This document shows positions 1 through 11,600 of a DNA stretch of 64,000 nt, piece after piece. The position numbers and the translations under genes were made by a program. Positions within the stretch are counted from its first letter, which is position 1; each line of letters opens with the position of its first letter. The notes below the pieces were generated by a model. That model had not been told where the DNA came from, did no database searches, and was given only the letters and a program-made list of their open reading frames with translations. Origin of the DNA: an uncultured Gammaproteobacteria bacterium. GTDB lineage: Bacteria > Pseudomonadota > Gammaproteobacteria > CAYTUN01. The stretch spans positions 12,807 to 76,806 of the forward strand of contig CAYTUN010000001.1 of the NCBI GenBank assembly GCA_964441315.1, given 5' to 3'.

Positions 1-39
1 GCGCAATAACACCTAAAACTTATCCGTTTTGAGTATAGC
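1..39. repeat. right arm of a family-E element truncated by the window edge
   Basis: gcgcaataacacctaaaacttatccgttttgagtatagc matches the 50990-51019 arm. Confidence 0.6.
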
Positions 40-43
40 TAAA

Positions 44-520
44 TTATTTAACTAAACTACTCCGCAACATCCAAGCAATTTTTTCATGTTCCGTCATTAA
101 ACGCGTATACAAATCATCCGTCACTTTATCATTCGCTTCCTGCGTTAATAAGGAATGCTCGCGATATTTTTTAATTAGCAGTTCATGATCATGCAATAGT
201 GCCTTTAGCATTTCGTTAACAGAAATTAAGCTATCGCATTCGCTAATTTCAGTAAGTTTTAAAAATTCTTTAAACGAACCTGGCGCACGTTGGCCAAATT
301 GACGAATGCGTTCAGCTAATTCATCAACCGCATCGCGCAATTTCGTATATTGCTCTTCAAATGCTTCATGAAACATAAAAAAACAACCCGACTCAACATT
401 CCAATGAAAGTTTTGCGTTTTTAAATAAAGCGCGTAAGTGTCTGCCAGCAAATGCTGCAGAGAAGTCACAATTTTATCGCTGTGGTTTTTATTGATACCG
501 TTATCGACTGAAATTGACAT
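44..520 (-). CDS. dps: Dps (DNA starvation/stationary-phase protection protein, ferritin-like)
   Basis: 158 aa; ferritin-like Dps signature LYLKTQNFHWNV..FF.FHE.FEE.Y and conserved length. Confidence 0.88.
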   Translation of the reverse strand: MSISVDNGINKNHSDKIVTSLQHLLADTYALYLKTQNFHWNVESGCFFMFHEAFEEQYTKLRDAVDELAERIRQFGQRAPGSFKEFLKLTEISECDSLISVNEMLKALLHDHELLIKKYREHSLLTQEANDKVTDDLYTRLMTEHEKIAWMLRSSLVK

Positions 521-714
521 TATTTTCTCCTGAAGAATATTCAGCGGTTTCCGCTGGAAAAGAGTTTGAAAGCTTCAGCTAATTGTAGCAAAAATCGGTG
601 ATTTCATCTGAAGAATTGGGTTTTTAGACAGGGAACCACTGATCGCCCAATAATCCGCTGGCACCCAACCCCATTTTTACCTAGAATACGCGGTTTTATG
701 TGACGTTCTAATCC

Positions 715-2070
715 ATGCAAAAAGTCTATATCAAAACCTACGGCTGCCAGATGAATGAGTACGACTCTGGCAAAATGTTTGACGTGTTGAAGGCCCATGG
801 CGGCGCGGTGAAAGTCGAGACGCCGGAGGAAGCCGATATTATCCTGCTCAATACTTGTTCCGTGCGGGAAAAAGCGCAGGAAAAAGTGTTTTCGGATATC
901 GGACGGCTGCGGCCCCTCAAAGCAATTAACCCTAATTTAATCATTGGAGTCGGCGGCTGTGTTGCCAGCCAGGAAGGGAAAGCTATCGTTAAGCGTATGC
1001 CCTCAGTAGATTTAGTATTTGGTCCGCAAACATTACACCGGCTGCCGCAAATGCTGGCACAGCGCTTGGCTGAAAAAAAACCGGTGGTGGATATCAGTTT
1101 TCCAGAAATTGAAAAATTCGATCAATTGCCAAAACCACATGCCGATGGCGTTTCCGCCTATGTCACCATCATGGAAGGCTGCAGCAAATATTGCAGTTTT
1201 TGCGTGGTGCCTTATACCCGCGGCGAAGAAATCAGTCGCCCGTTTGATGATGTGTTGGCCGAAGTTTATCAATTGGCGGAACAAGGTGTGCGTGAAATTA
1301 CGCTTTTGGGACAAAATGTTAATGACTACCGCGGCTTAATGCATACCGGTGAAATCGCAGATTTAGCTTTATTAATCCATTATCTTGCGGCAATCGATAA
1401 TATTCTGCGTATTCGTTTTACCACTTCGCATCCAGCCGCATTTTCTGACAGCTTGATCGAAGTTTATGCCAATGAACCTAAATTGGTGAATCATTTGCAT
1501 TTACCGGTGCAATCCGGTTCTGATCGAATTTTGGCAGCAATGAAACGCAATTACACCGTATTGGAATTTAAATCGAAAATTAAAAAATTACGCGCCGTAC
1601 GTCCCGACATTTGTATTTCCTCGGATTTTATTATCGGCTATCCCGGCGAAACCGAAAAAGATTTTATGGCGACGATGAATTTAATTCATGATATCGGTTT
1701 TGATCATTCCTATAGCTTTATTTACAGCCCCCGCCCAGGAACACCAGCAGCAAATTTGCCAGATGATGTACCACTTGAAGTGAAAAAAGAACGTTTAGCC
1801 ATTTTGCAAGATCGCATCCAATTAAAAGCCCAAGAAATCAGCCAAAATATGCTGGGAAGTCTCCAAACCATTTTAATCGCGGCGCAATCGAAAAATGATG
1901 CCAATGATGTGATGGGCCGGACAGAAAATAATCGCAGTACTTATATGGCAGCGGAAATTAATGGTATGCCGGTCGCGCTTGAAAATTTAATTGGGAAAAT
2001 GGCAGAAGTTCGAATTACTGAAAAATTTCCGAATTCTTTGCGAGGGGAGATTGTAGAAATATTAAATTAG
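715..2070 (+). CDS. miaB: tRNA-i6A37 methylthiotransferase MiaB (radical SAM)
   Basis: 451 aa; N-terminal MTTase cysteines (YGCQMN, NTCSVRE); radical-SAM CSKYCSFC; TRAM C-terminus; conserved miaB-phoH-ybeY synteny. Confidence 0.95.
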   Translation: MQKVYIKTYGCQMNEYDSGKMFDVLKAHGGAVKVETPEEADIILLNTCSVREKAQEKVFSDIGRLRPLKAINPNLIIGVGGCVASQEGKAIVKRMPSVDLVFGPQTLHRLPQMLAQRLAEKKPVVDISFPEIEKFDQLPKPHADGVSAYVTIMEGCSKYCSFCVVPYTRGEEISRPFDDVLAEVYQLAEQGVREITLLGQNVNDYRGLMHTGEIADLALLIHYLAAIDNILRIRFTTSHPAAFSDSLIEVYANEPKLVNHLHLPVQSGSDRILAAMKRNYTVLEFKSKIKKLRAVRPDICISSDFIIGYPGETEKDFMATMNLIHDIGFDHSYSFIYSPRPGTPAANLPDDVPLEVKKERLAILQDRIQLKAQEISQNMLGSLQTILIAAQSKNDANDVMGRTENNRSTYMAAEINGMPVALENLIGKMAEVRITEKFPNSLRGEIVEILN

Positions 2071-2162
2071 TTGATTTGTTATTTTGTTAAGGAAAAAATA
2101 CTATTTTTCACTTAAATTAATGATAGAATTTTCACTAAACACCTGCTGAAAAGGAACCTAAC

Positions 2163-3134
2163 TTGGAAAAACCACGCCATCGCATCCAGTTCGATTTAAC
2201 TGCAGAAGATAACCGCCGCCTGCAAGACCTTTGCGGGCAATTTGATCAAAACTTACGCCAAATTGAGCGTTTTCTCGGCGTTGAAATCAATAATCGCGGC
2301 CAACATTTTCAAATTATCGGCCGCAAGAAATTTGCCCTGCAAGCGCGCGATGTCATTGAAAAAATATTTGAAGAAACCAAGACACCTAATGTCGTTAACG
2401 GGGAGAAAGTGCACTTGATATTGCAATCGGTTGTTCACAAAAATGGCGATAATGTATCGGCCGATGAATATAAATCTGCTGGCATTAAAACGCGACAAAT
2501 CGTCGTCACACCACGCAGTGAAAATCAATATCACTACATTAAACATATCCAATCACACGATATCAATTTCGGCATCGGCCCTTCCGGCACCGGAAAAACT
2601 TATCTAGCCGTCGCCTGCGCCGCAGCAGCGTTGGAAGCAGAAAAAGTACAACGCATCATTTTAGTGCGCCCCGCTGTCGAAGCCGGTGAAAAATTGGGAT
2701 TTTTACCTGGCGATCTAGCGCAAAAAGTCGATCCTTATTTACGCCCACTATACGACGCACTTTACGAAATGATGGGCATTGAAACCGTCGACCGCTTAAT
2801 TCACAAAGGCGTCATCGAAGTCGCCCCCCTCGCCTACATGCGCGGCCGCACATTAAACGAAGCCTTTATTATTTTGGACGAAAGCCAAAATACCACCAAA
2901 GAACAAATGAAAATGTTTTTAACCCGCATCGGCTTTGGCTCTAAAGTGGTCATTACCGGCGACATCACCCAAACCGATTTACCGCATCACAATACATCCG
3001 GTTTAAGGCACGCGATTGATATTTTAAATGATATTAATGAAATTCATTTTACTTTCTTTCAGGTGCTGGATGTGGTGCGTCATCCGTTGGTGCAATTAAT
3101 TATTACGGCTTATGAAAAATCTGAGCGTCGTTAA
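2163..3134 (+). CDS. ybeZ: PhoH-like ATPase (YbeZ)
   Basis: 323 aa; Walker A GPSGTGKT; N-terminus aligns to YbeZ (…LCG.FD.N..Q.ER.LG.EIN.RG.HF…); TTG start 8 nt after AAGGAA RBS; overlaps ybeY start. Confidence 0.9.
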   Translation: MEKPRHRIQFDLTAEDNRRLQDLCGQFDQNLRQIERFLGVEINNRGQHFQIIGRKKFALQARDVIEKIFEETKTPNVVNGEKVHLILQSVVHKNGDNVSADEYKSAGIKTRQIVVTPRSENQYHYIKHIQSHDINFGIGPSGTGKTYLAVACAAAALEAEKVQRIILVRPAVEAGEKLGFLPGDLAQKVDPYLRPLYDALYEMMGIETVDRLIHKGVIEVAPLAYMRGRTLNEAFIILDESQNTTKEQMKMFLTRIGFGSKVVITGDITQTDLPHHNTSGLRHAIDILNDINEIHFTFFQVLDVVRHPLVQLIITAYEKSERR

Positions 3135-3570
3135 GGTTAGTTTGACGCGGGAAAGACGATTTAGTGATTGCCCTAGTTTGAAGCAATTTACTTGTTGGGT
3201 TAATGCTGTTTTTGAGGAATTGGAAGTTGAAAAAAAGTATGAGATTAATATTCATTTAGCTAATCATGAAAGTGCAAGAAAAATAAACTTTGACTATCGC
3301 AATAAGAACTATGCAACCAACATACTTTCTTTTAATTATGACCTTTTGCACCAAAAACATATTGAAGCAGGCGAATTAATTTTTTGCCCTGAAGTGATTA
3401 TGAAAGAAGCAGAAAATGAACATAAAGACTTAACCTCACATTGGATGCATTTAACCATCCACGGCACGCTACATATTTTAGGACTTGACCATGCAAACAA
3501 TAATCAAGCTGAAATAATGGAAAGCTATGAAAAAATAATCATAACCAACCTAGTAAAATTTTCTAGTTAA
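3112..3570 (+). CDS. ybeY: rRNA maturation endoribonuclease YbeY
   Basis: 152 aa; metal-binding HxxxHxxxxxH motif (HLTIHGTLHILGLDH); position after phoH. Confidence 0.9.
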   Translation: MKNLSVVKVSLTRERRFSDCPSLKQFTCWVNAVFEELEVEKKYEINIHLANHESARKINFDYRNKNYATNILSFNYDLLHQKHIEAGELIFCPEVIMKEAENEHKDLTSHWMHLTIHGTLHILGLDHANNNQAEIMESYEKIIITNLVKFSS

Positions 3571-6500
3571 AATAGCCTACTAACAGAATTGGACCTACGA
3601 TCTAGTTGTTTTTCCATAGTTGCAAAAGCTTCCTCTACTGGCCCCGAAAAAGACAAATGATTATCACTTAGCGACTTTCTTAATAGCGTTTTTAGTCGCA
3701 AAAGCGATATTTTATTATTTACCATATCACTTTTATCTAAAAAATACTGGCCAGATAAAATACTTACTAGCTCATTTTTTAATTTATAATTTCTTATCCC
3801 CGATTGGATCAACATCACCATAACTTTAGAGTAAATTAAATCACGGTATTTTTCTTCAAATCTATCTCCCAATGTGGCATTCAAATATGAAACAACTCCT
3901 TGAGCAATGATAGGTTTATTATTAGGCGGCAAAGAACAAAAATCATTCAGCCACAAGTTAAAATTTTCATAGAACTTTTGCGATCTACTGCCAGATGAAA
4001 AACTGTTTGCAATTAAAGAACTTTCGTCATCATGAGAATAAAAAAGTCTCTCCAAAAATAATGGGATAAGTTTTACGTTATTTAAAACGATATTTATTAA
4101 AGGGAGTCGTAAATTTTTTAATAATGCATCTGAATCATCAGTATCATCGTGGCCAACACACAAATTAAAAACACAAGATAAAATAACTCTTGCATTAGAC
4201 TCTAAGACCGCAGACTCATCAGCATGCAATAACTGACATAATTTTCTCTCGACCAGATTAATTAAAACTTGCAACATACTTGCTGTAAATGTTTTTCTCC
4301 GTGCGAAAACCGCTACAATTAAGGTCATATGACTTGGATCCTCGGACTTCGTCAACAACTCTACAAACAGGCTGGATCTTTTCAATATTTTTTGCTCACA
4401 AAAATTTAATAAATAATTTAAATGTAGTTGTATAATAGCAGGGGATTGATAAAAAATTTTACGCCATAAATCATCACTTATTTTTTCACCTTTAGTTTTT
4501 ATAGTAGGTGATTGCATAGTTAGCAAGAGTGTGGCAACAATTTTTTTTACTTGTGGTTTATGCTGAGTAATGAGCCAAGCATCAGTATAAATATCTACAA
4601 CGTTAGACTCGTGCTTTATCTTATATATTAAATTAGTCCGAATATTAGAATTAGTCTTTTTAGCAGCATCTAACAGCGCACTGGTTAAATAGTCTTGAGC
4701 AAAACATCTTGCTGTTGATAACAGATTTTTTATATGGGTAGAAAAAAGATTGCTAGATGCCCCATATACTCTTTCGAGCATTTTAGATTTTAATAAACGC
4801 GGAGCTTCTTTAAACATAGAATATGCCATCAAAAAAGCATAAACGTTATCATGCGGTAAAGCAGAAGCTCGGCTTTGTAGTGACAATAGCAAACCTGTTT
4901 CTACCTCACCATCATTTAGCAAAGTATGCTGTGCTTTATAAAGAAGGATCCTAGCTAGTATTATCAAGGGAAACGTTGAAACCATGTCTACTATTATTGA
5001 TTTTTGAATTAGTTGATCAAAAACTTCAAATAAAGAAGATTCATCACCCCTCAAAAATAAGTAATAAAAGTATAATGCATAATATTCTTGGTTTAGAGGG
5101 ATGGAGCTATATTTGCGAGTTGATTTTTTATCAGAGCTTTTATTTTTTTCTAATAACTGATATCCATATTCAAAAACAGGCAAGTTTTGAAAAAAAATTT
5201 GAAATAAACTCTGATGATCCACGGCATCATCTTTTAAATCTATTTGTTTATCATGCTGAATCATGTAATAAAATAACTCCACCTTCAGCTTATCAGACAA
5301 GATTTCAGCAATGGATAATTTATTAGTCACAGCAACAAATAGAAAATAATGAATTATAGTGTTTCTCAGAGGATGATCGGACCAATATTTTAATATACAC
5401 TCCAACCACTGATTCAATTTCCTTTTAAACAGATCGGGCTCACGTTTCGAAAGTTCTTCTACAAATTTAGCCACCTCGAAAAAATTGGCACGACTCATAC
5501 ATGCGTCGATCACGCATCTATCGGGTATATTATTTAATAGAATATCAGAAAGCAAAGGATAACGTATTATTTTATAGCTACTATCATCGATTGATAATAG
5601 ATAATATTTTTTTAATGAAATTAATAACTTATAAGATTTTTCAGGCTCTAACTTACTAAATATTGCATTAATAAACACGCTTCTAGATTTACTTTCCAAT
5701 TGACCTAAAAATTTATTAAAGATATTTATATCATCTTGATCATCATAATCAACACTTTCAGAAATTGAATCAGCTATTATAAACAATATGCTAAGACTTT
5801 CTTTATTTACACCCTGATCAAATTTTTTTCTTAAAAAATTTATTAGAATACATAATTGCATGTTTCTATTTTTGACAAAATCATCGTACATAACATTAAA
5901 AAAAGATCTGGCAAATACATTATTTGAATTATTATTTTGTAACGCGATTAAATTTTTAAAAAAATCTTCCAGATTAGCTGAAAATGATCGCCTAGTTGGA
6001 TTGTTATCTCTAAAGACTTGTAAAGCTTCTAAAGACTTATCATAACTAATTTCTATAAATTTGCCTGTTTTTATTTCTTCTGGACTGGTAGTTTGATTGG
6101 CATGAGCATGAACAATACTTTGATCAAATAAATTTATCGATTCAGCTATAAATTCAAATTGCCTAATGTCTACAAATCGAAATAAAGAATTCTCGAAGTT
6201 AATTCTTAAAAGATAAAATAAATAATCATAAAAAATCTCCAGAAAGTACTTTAGCAGCGGCCCAGATTCAAAAAACACTGATGGCTCGTAGCTAAAATCT
6301 CCCTCTAAAGGAATAAACCTATAAAAAATTTTGAAATCAGCTTTTTTGATTTCAAAATTTTTCCAATCTGATAGAATTTTTTCTAATGTGCCAAGACCAG
6401 ACAACAATTGACACAAATATTCAAACTTATACGCACCATCATAGCTTTTATAGTGACCAATTCTTCTTTGAAAGACATTACTACTCAAATCAATGAATCT

Positions 6501-8579
6501 ATCATAAATTTCAGATCGATGTATTTTATTTTTTTCAAATACTTCTATCCACCACAAAAAATCATTCAAATTTCTATAATCAATTTTTATAGCTTCAATT
6601 ACCTCGGACAATTTAAAAATAAAAAAATTTACTTTGATTAATTTTTTATAATCTTGATTTTTCTCTACTTGATCAAGCAGGTCATATAAAGGGTCATATA
6701 AATCTTTTAAATCTTTAAAAAATTTAAGCAAAGAAGAATATCTAGATAATCTATTTTTTTGAGCATCATCGCTAACTAAAAAATTACGAATAAGATACAA
6801 AAAACGCGTTATTCTGCTTCTAATTTTCAGTATTTTCACAACAGGCATCAATTTTTCTTCCACAAATTCTCTCGACTTACCAAGCAAATCACCTTCAATC
6901 TCTTTTAGTTTTTCTGATATAATTTTACTTTTACGTTCAGCTTCAAAATATACTTGGACTAAATGAACTACTTTTAATTCAATACCAGAAACTGGCAAGT
7001 TTACATTTTTATCAAAAATTAATTTATAAAAATTAGTAGTATCAATGAAAACTTCACCATAAGTGTCATGAGGATAAATTATTTCAAAACCCAATATTAA
7101 TATAGAATCGTATATGGCTATATCGAGAGGTATTTTCCTAACCAAACCATCAAAAAAATTATTAAAAAGTTCTTCTATTGCGCTTTGTTTTTGAATTAAT
7201 TTATCTAAAGAAGAAGCGTGGGGTCCCCTTAATAGAGATTCTACTTGTAGACAAGCCTGATCAAAAGTTAAGATATCTTTATTAGGATTTTTATCCTGGG
7301 TTTTTTGTTTATTAGCAGGAAATAAATACTCATATAAAGGGACTTTAATCCGTAAAATATCGAGATAAATTGTTTTTATCAATGAAAACAAGTAATTGTT
7401 ATTATAAAGAAATTTTCTTCCAAAAATTGATTCGGTAATAGCTAATCCTTGAAAAATCTGATAAAAATCAAAAATTATTTTTCTGGGATAGTCTATATTC
7501 AACTGCTTTAAGTCTTGATCATTTCTAAAAGCATGAATAGCAATTTTTTGTAATTGTACTGTGGCACGTCTTATTAATTTTCCCTGCTCGACTAAAATTG
7601 GCTCTATTGCCTGGATTATAGCAGGAAGTATGCGCCTGATACGGCTTATAAATATGGGGTTTTTAACCATTAAATGATTGATGCCATCTCTCTCAATTAA
7701 TAATTTTTTGAATATAGCTTTAATTGATGTTTTTTTTGATTTTTTACTTTCTGTTATTATATTTTTTGATAGTTCTTCAACTATATGCCAAAGTGATACA
7801 GAATTAATTGATTCACCATTTAAAATTTCAAAAATTTTTACATTATTATCTGCTATATTTTTTAATATTACTAATAAATTTATCTCTGATAACAACCTAG
7901 ATACATTGTTAAATTGAATAAGAAACCTGTTAATCAGAGTTAAGTTAGCAGATTTATAAGAATTTGGTATATCTTCTTGAGATGTTATTTTTCTCACTTC
8001 CTCTGTAGTAATATTGATTGATGCAGCAAACTTGTTTATTTTTTCTATATTAAAAGCAAGCCTAGTAGCCTCGCCCAAAAGGGGGCCTTTCAAAGCTTCA
8101 ATGCCCTCCATTTTAGCAAGCGTTATATTTAAAGAAGTTTGATAATTTTTTGATTCTGATATTTCAAAAAAATTTTTTTTATTTTTACGAGAGCGGGTCT
8201 GTTCTAGCTGCTCTTCATAAATGCGGAATGCTGTATAAAAAAGCATACCACTGTTATCGTAATCATAAAGCCTTAAATATACTAATTTTAATATATTTCT
8301 AATTTGTTCAAGAGTTTCTATAGTATAGCTATTAATTAGAATATCAAAACTTTTTACACTATCTTCATTTTTTCTAAAAATCCATTTTTCAATGATATCT
8401 TCAAATTCTTCAAATTCGAGCGCAGAATCATTACTCAATCCGACTTTTAACTCGTCCAGTATATGTGCAAATAATTTTTTTTTTGAAATACTGTCAAGCA
8501 CATATACAATTTCATTGACAAGATTGTCTTTTAAACTTGTTTCTAATGCTACGACATTTAATATATTACTATCTTCCAT
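3567..8579 (-). CDS. giant hypothetical protein (1670 aa), alpha-helical, no recognisable domain; candidate secreted effector
   Basis: Uninterrupted 5-kb ORF at about 30% GC against about 43% in the flanks; Asn/Lys/Ile/Leu-rich; no signal peptide, TM segment or internal repeats; Glu-containing C-terminal tail (…GPVEEAFATMEKQL…SRLF); overlaps the ybeY stop by 4 nt, convergent. Confidence 0.6.
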   Translation of the reverse strand: MEDSNILNVVALETSLKDNLVNEIVYVLDSISKKKLFAHILDELKVGLSNDSALEFEEFEDIIEKWIFRKNEDSVKSFDILINSYTIETLEQIRNILKLVYLRLYDYDNSGMLFYTAFRIYEEQLEQTRSRKNKKNFFEISESKNYQTSLNITLAKMEGIEALKGPLLGEATRLAFNIEKINKFAASINITTEEVRKITSQEDIPNSYKSANLTLINRFLIQFNNVSRLLSEINLLVILKNIADNNVKIFEILNGESINSVSLWHIVEELSKNIITESKKSKKTSIKAIFKKLLIERDGINHLMVKNPIFISRIRRILPAIIQAIEPILVEQGKLIRRATVQLQKIAIHAFRNDQDLKQLNIDYPRKIIFDFYQIFQGLAITESIFGRKFLYNNNYLFSLIKTIYLDILRIKVPLYEYLFPANKQKTQDKNPNKDILTFDQACLQVESLLRGPHASSLDKLIQKQSAIEELFNNFFDGLVRKIPLDIAIYDSILILGFEIIYPHDTYGEVFIDTTNFYKLIFDKNVNLPVSGIELKVVHLVQVYFEAERKSKIISEKLKEIEGDLLGKSREFVEEKLMPVVKILKIRSRITRFLYLIRNFLVSDDAQKNRLSRYSSLLKFFKDLKDLYDPLYDLLDQVEKNQDYKKLIKVNFFIFKLSEVIEAIKIDYRNLNDFLWWIEVFEKNKIHRSEIYDRFIDLSSNVFQRRIGHYKSYDGAYKFEYLCQLLSGLGTLEKILSDWKNFEIKKADFKIFYRFIPLEGDFSYEPSVFFESGPLLKYFLEIFYDYLFYLLRINFENSLFRFVDIRQFEFIAESINLFDQSIVHAHANQTTSPEEIKTGKFIEISYDKSLEALQVFRDNNPTRRSFSANLEDFFKNLIALQNNNSNNVFARSFFNVMYDDFVKNRNMQLCILINFLRKKFDQGVNKESLSILFIIADSISESVDYDDQDDINIFNKFLGQLESKSRSVFINAIFSKLEPEKSYKLLISLKKYYLLSIDDSSYKIIRYPLLSDILLNNIPDRCVIDACMSRANFFEVAKFVEELSKREPDLFKRKLNQWLECILKYWSDHPLRNTIIHYFLFVAVTNKLSIAEILSDKLKVELFYYMIQHDKQIDLKDDAVDHQSLFQIFFQNLPVFEYGYQLLEKNKSSDKKSTRKYSSIPLNQEYYALYFYYLFLRGDESSLFEVFDQLIQKSIIVDMVSTFPLIILARILLYKAQHTLLNDGEVETGLLLSLQSRASALPHDNVYAFLMAYSMFKEAPRLLKSKMLERVYGASSNLFSTHIKNLLSTARCFAQDYLTSALLDAAKKTNSNIRTNLIYKIKHESNVVDIYTDAWLITQHKPQVKKIVATLLLTMQSPTIKTKGEKISDDLWRKIFYQSPAIIQLHLNYLLNFCEQKILKRSSLFVELLTKSEDPSHMTLIVAVFARRKTFTASMLQVLINLVERKLCQLLHADESAVLESNARVILSCVFNLCVGHDDTDDSDALLKNLRLPLINIVLNNVKLIPLFLERLFYSHDDESSLIANSFSSGSRSQKFYENFNLWLNDFCSLPPNNKPIIAQGVVSYLNATLGDRFEEKYRDLIYSKVMVMLIQSGIRNYKLKNELVSILSGQYFLDKSDMVNNKISLLRLKTLLRKSLSDNHLSFSGPVEEAFATMEKQLDRRSNSVSRLF

Positions 8580-8672
8580 ATTTTTTTCCTTTTTACATTA
8601 GTTATTAATTTTTTTATTTTATTACTATTTCTGCTAAAAACACTAATATGACGCTGTATCATTAACAATTGA

Positions 8673-11600
8673 TTAGAAACGCACTCCAACACTTGTGTGA
8701 GTGAGTTTTATAGACTCTTCCAACAAAGAATTCAGTTCCTGCTTTATTTCATTTCCCCAAGGTTTGATTGCGATATTAGATTCAAGCTTGTTTAATTCAT
8801 CCGAATTCAAGCAGTCGAAAAAGTTAATTATTCCCCGCCTAACTTCCGATGAGAAAAAATGAGTGGGAGACATAAACCTGTTGCGTGTTGTCAGATTAGC
8901 TTTTGGTATTAAACTATCCAGCATGCAAACAAAAACATCACTTTTATTATATTTCTCGTGCCATTCATAAGTAGCAGATTTGATATAATTTATCATATCA
9001 AGAAATAAAACGTGTTTACTATTCTTATCTAAGTCGAGCTTAGAGTATTCTCCAAGCCAAAACTTGTAATCAGAAAAAAATATTCTTTTCATGAATGCAT
9101 ATTTGTCAATTTTTCCACTAGCCACTTGCTGCCATAGAAGCAGTGCAGCTGAGATATACCCTGCCTTGTCCAGGTTATACTGCGGTTTTACAAGATCATT
9201 GAAATAGTAAGTCAAAGCAGCATCAGTGCTAATCTCATGTTCTGGTTGTGACGCTGAATTAAAAAGCCGGATAACCCAATCACATATAGCATGAGATTTT
9301 TGATGATCCAGCTCTGTCTCTACTTCAGACTTTTTATCTGAAAAATTTTTTCTGGGAACCTCTTCTAAAAAAAATCTTATTATTATCAATGATTGTTCGG
9401 TATTAGCTCGTTTCAATAAATGGATAAACAGAATTGTGGTATTTAATCTAGGTTTAAACTGAAGCAATTGATAAAAACGCACCTCAATTTCTTCATTTTT
9501 CGAAAAAATATTCTCCCAATATAAATCTTGATCAATGCACGCACCTTCCGTTAAAAGCAAAGGAGATTTCATGTGTGAAAGGAATTTAGTGAGTTGACGC
9601 ACTTCTCCTTCATTGTATTTATAAAAATATAGCTGCTCCACCTGTTGATAAAACTGCCGCTTCACTTCCGACATGGCAGCGAGCATATCTGCTTTAGCTG
9701 GCGCGCGATAAGCATAATTTTTAATAGCGACCTCTAAATTATCCAGCATAAAGATATTATGATAAAAAGCTGCCGCAAAACTAATTGCGGAAATTTTATA
9801 TTGAAAAGCCTCAGGATCATCCCAAAGCCCTGCTAGTAGCTCGCCTTGTTTTTTCAAATCTAGTAAGCGCAATAATTCAACTGCCCACAGCCAATTGCCA
9901 AACTCAAACTGTAAAGTTGAAATCTTCACTGCTGCTATTTCCTGAACATTTAGCATGCTTTTGATGGCATAGCCTGCATGTGGTGTAACTAGCACCGGTT
10001 CAGTATTAATGTTTATCAGACCAATCAAATTCGAAACACATTTTTTGATTTTGATTGGATCAAATTTACTTAATACACAATAATGTAAGAAAGTACCAAG
10101 GGAATACTTTTGCAAATCTTCTTGATCAAACATTTCACTTGGGTGATAAATTCTAGCGTTAAAAATGGCCACTAATTTTAACGATTGCTTCAGCTCTTCC
10201 AGAAGTTCATCTTTTTTCAGACCAGCAATTTCAATATTTGAATCATAAAAGTCCATCAAACGTATGAATAAGGATTTGAGTTCATCATATTTGACAAATT
10301 CAATATTTTTTTCATCCAAGTGTGGCCTTAAAACTATTGAGCCTCTTAGAAGAAATGTTGCAATCGTTGTATAAAAAGGGTGCTCACGCCAAACTGAGTT
10401 GAGCCGGCTAAACCTTATTCTTAGCTCCTGAAAGTTGGCGGGCTTATGCTGGGACATTGCTTCTAATATTTCTTCCTGGGTTTCCAAACTAAACAAATAA
10501 TCAACTTCACAAAAACCTGGAAATTCTTGGCGATCAGGAAAATCTCTTGGGTAAACGACTGTTTGCCAATTCGTAGCATCTAGACGTGAATGATGGGGGC
10601 TGACTAGCACTAAAAAATGATAACGGTTTTCTGGCTTTAATAATGCAAAAACTTTATTGATAATGTATCGACTGGTAAAATTTTTAACATGCCTGAGTAA
10701 TTCATTTAACCATTTTAGATGTAATCGCCAGTTTGGCTCACGCAAATTATCAATAAAATAATCTTTTAAAGCTTTACTGAATATATCTAGCAATAAGTAA
10801 TCGTTTTTTTTACCTAAATATCTAATTAAATGCGTTAAATGAATAAAAAATTTAAAATCTTTAAGAGAATCATAAAAATAATTATATATGGGTGTATTTT
10901 CAGTTCCAGGATGTAGTGGATTTTGCAACAGGTGTAGTAAATATTGTCTACTACGTTTAAATGTGCTTGATTTGAGGTTATTTATACCCTGATTACCAGT
11001 ACGCTCTCCTATTAACGCATGTATATAACTAATCGTTTTGTCATCAGATGGTCGGCGTGAATTTAGAGCAGATTGCACTTGCTGTTCTGGTATTACTACT
11101 TTTTCAAAACATAAAGCGTCAGCAAAAAGTAATCTATGCGCCAATTTAGTAACTAAATCACGAGAGTAATTCAAAACTTCTTCAAAAAATTTTTTAAGCA
11201 GGCTTTTCTCCAAATTGTCAGTTGCCAAAATGGTTCGCCTTACAAATGTTTGCAATTGTTTAAAATCGAAACTATCTGCTGAAAATTTTAGTATATTTAC
11301 CGGCTGCATTATGTGTTCTAAAGCTGCAGCCCATAAAAGTAGATCGAGAACATGTTGTTGTCTGAATTGAAAATCACCATCCTGATTATAAACTGCCTTC
11401 AGCCGACATTCTGCAAATTTTTCCAACACTTTATGAAAATGCTCGACTGTTAATGGTTGGGACATAAAACCAAAAAAATCTTTAAATTTGATAAACTTGC
11501 TTTCCACTACACCAATCATATAGAGAGTGTTGAAAATAAGGTTGGAAAATTTTATATATCGCTGGCACTCAATATAATGCAATGTTCTTGATAACGAAAT

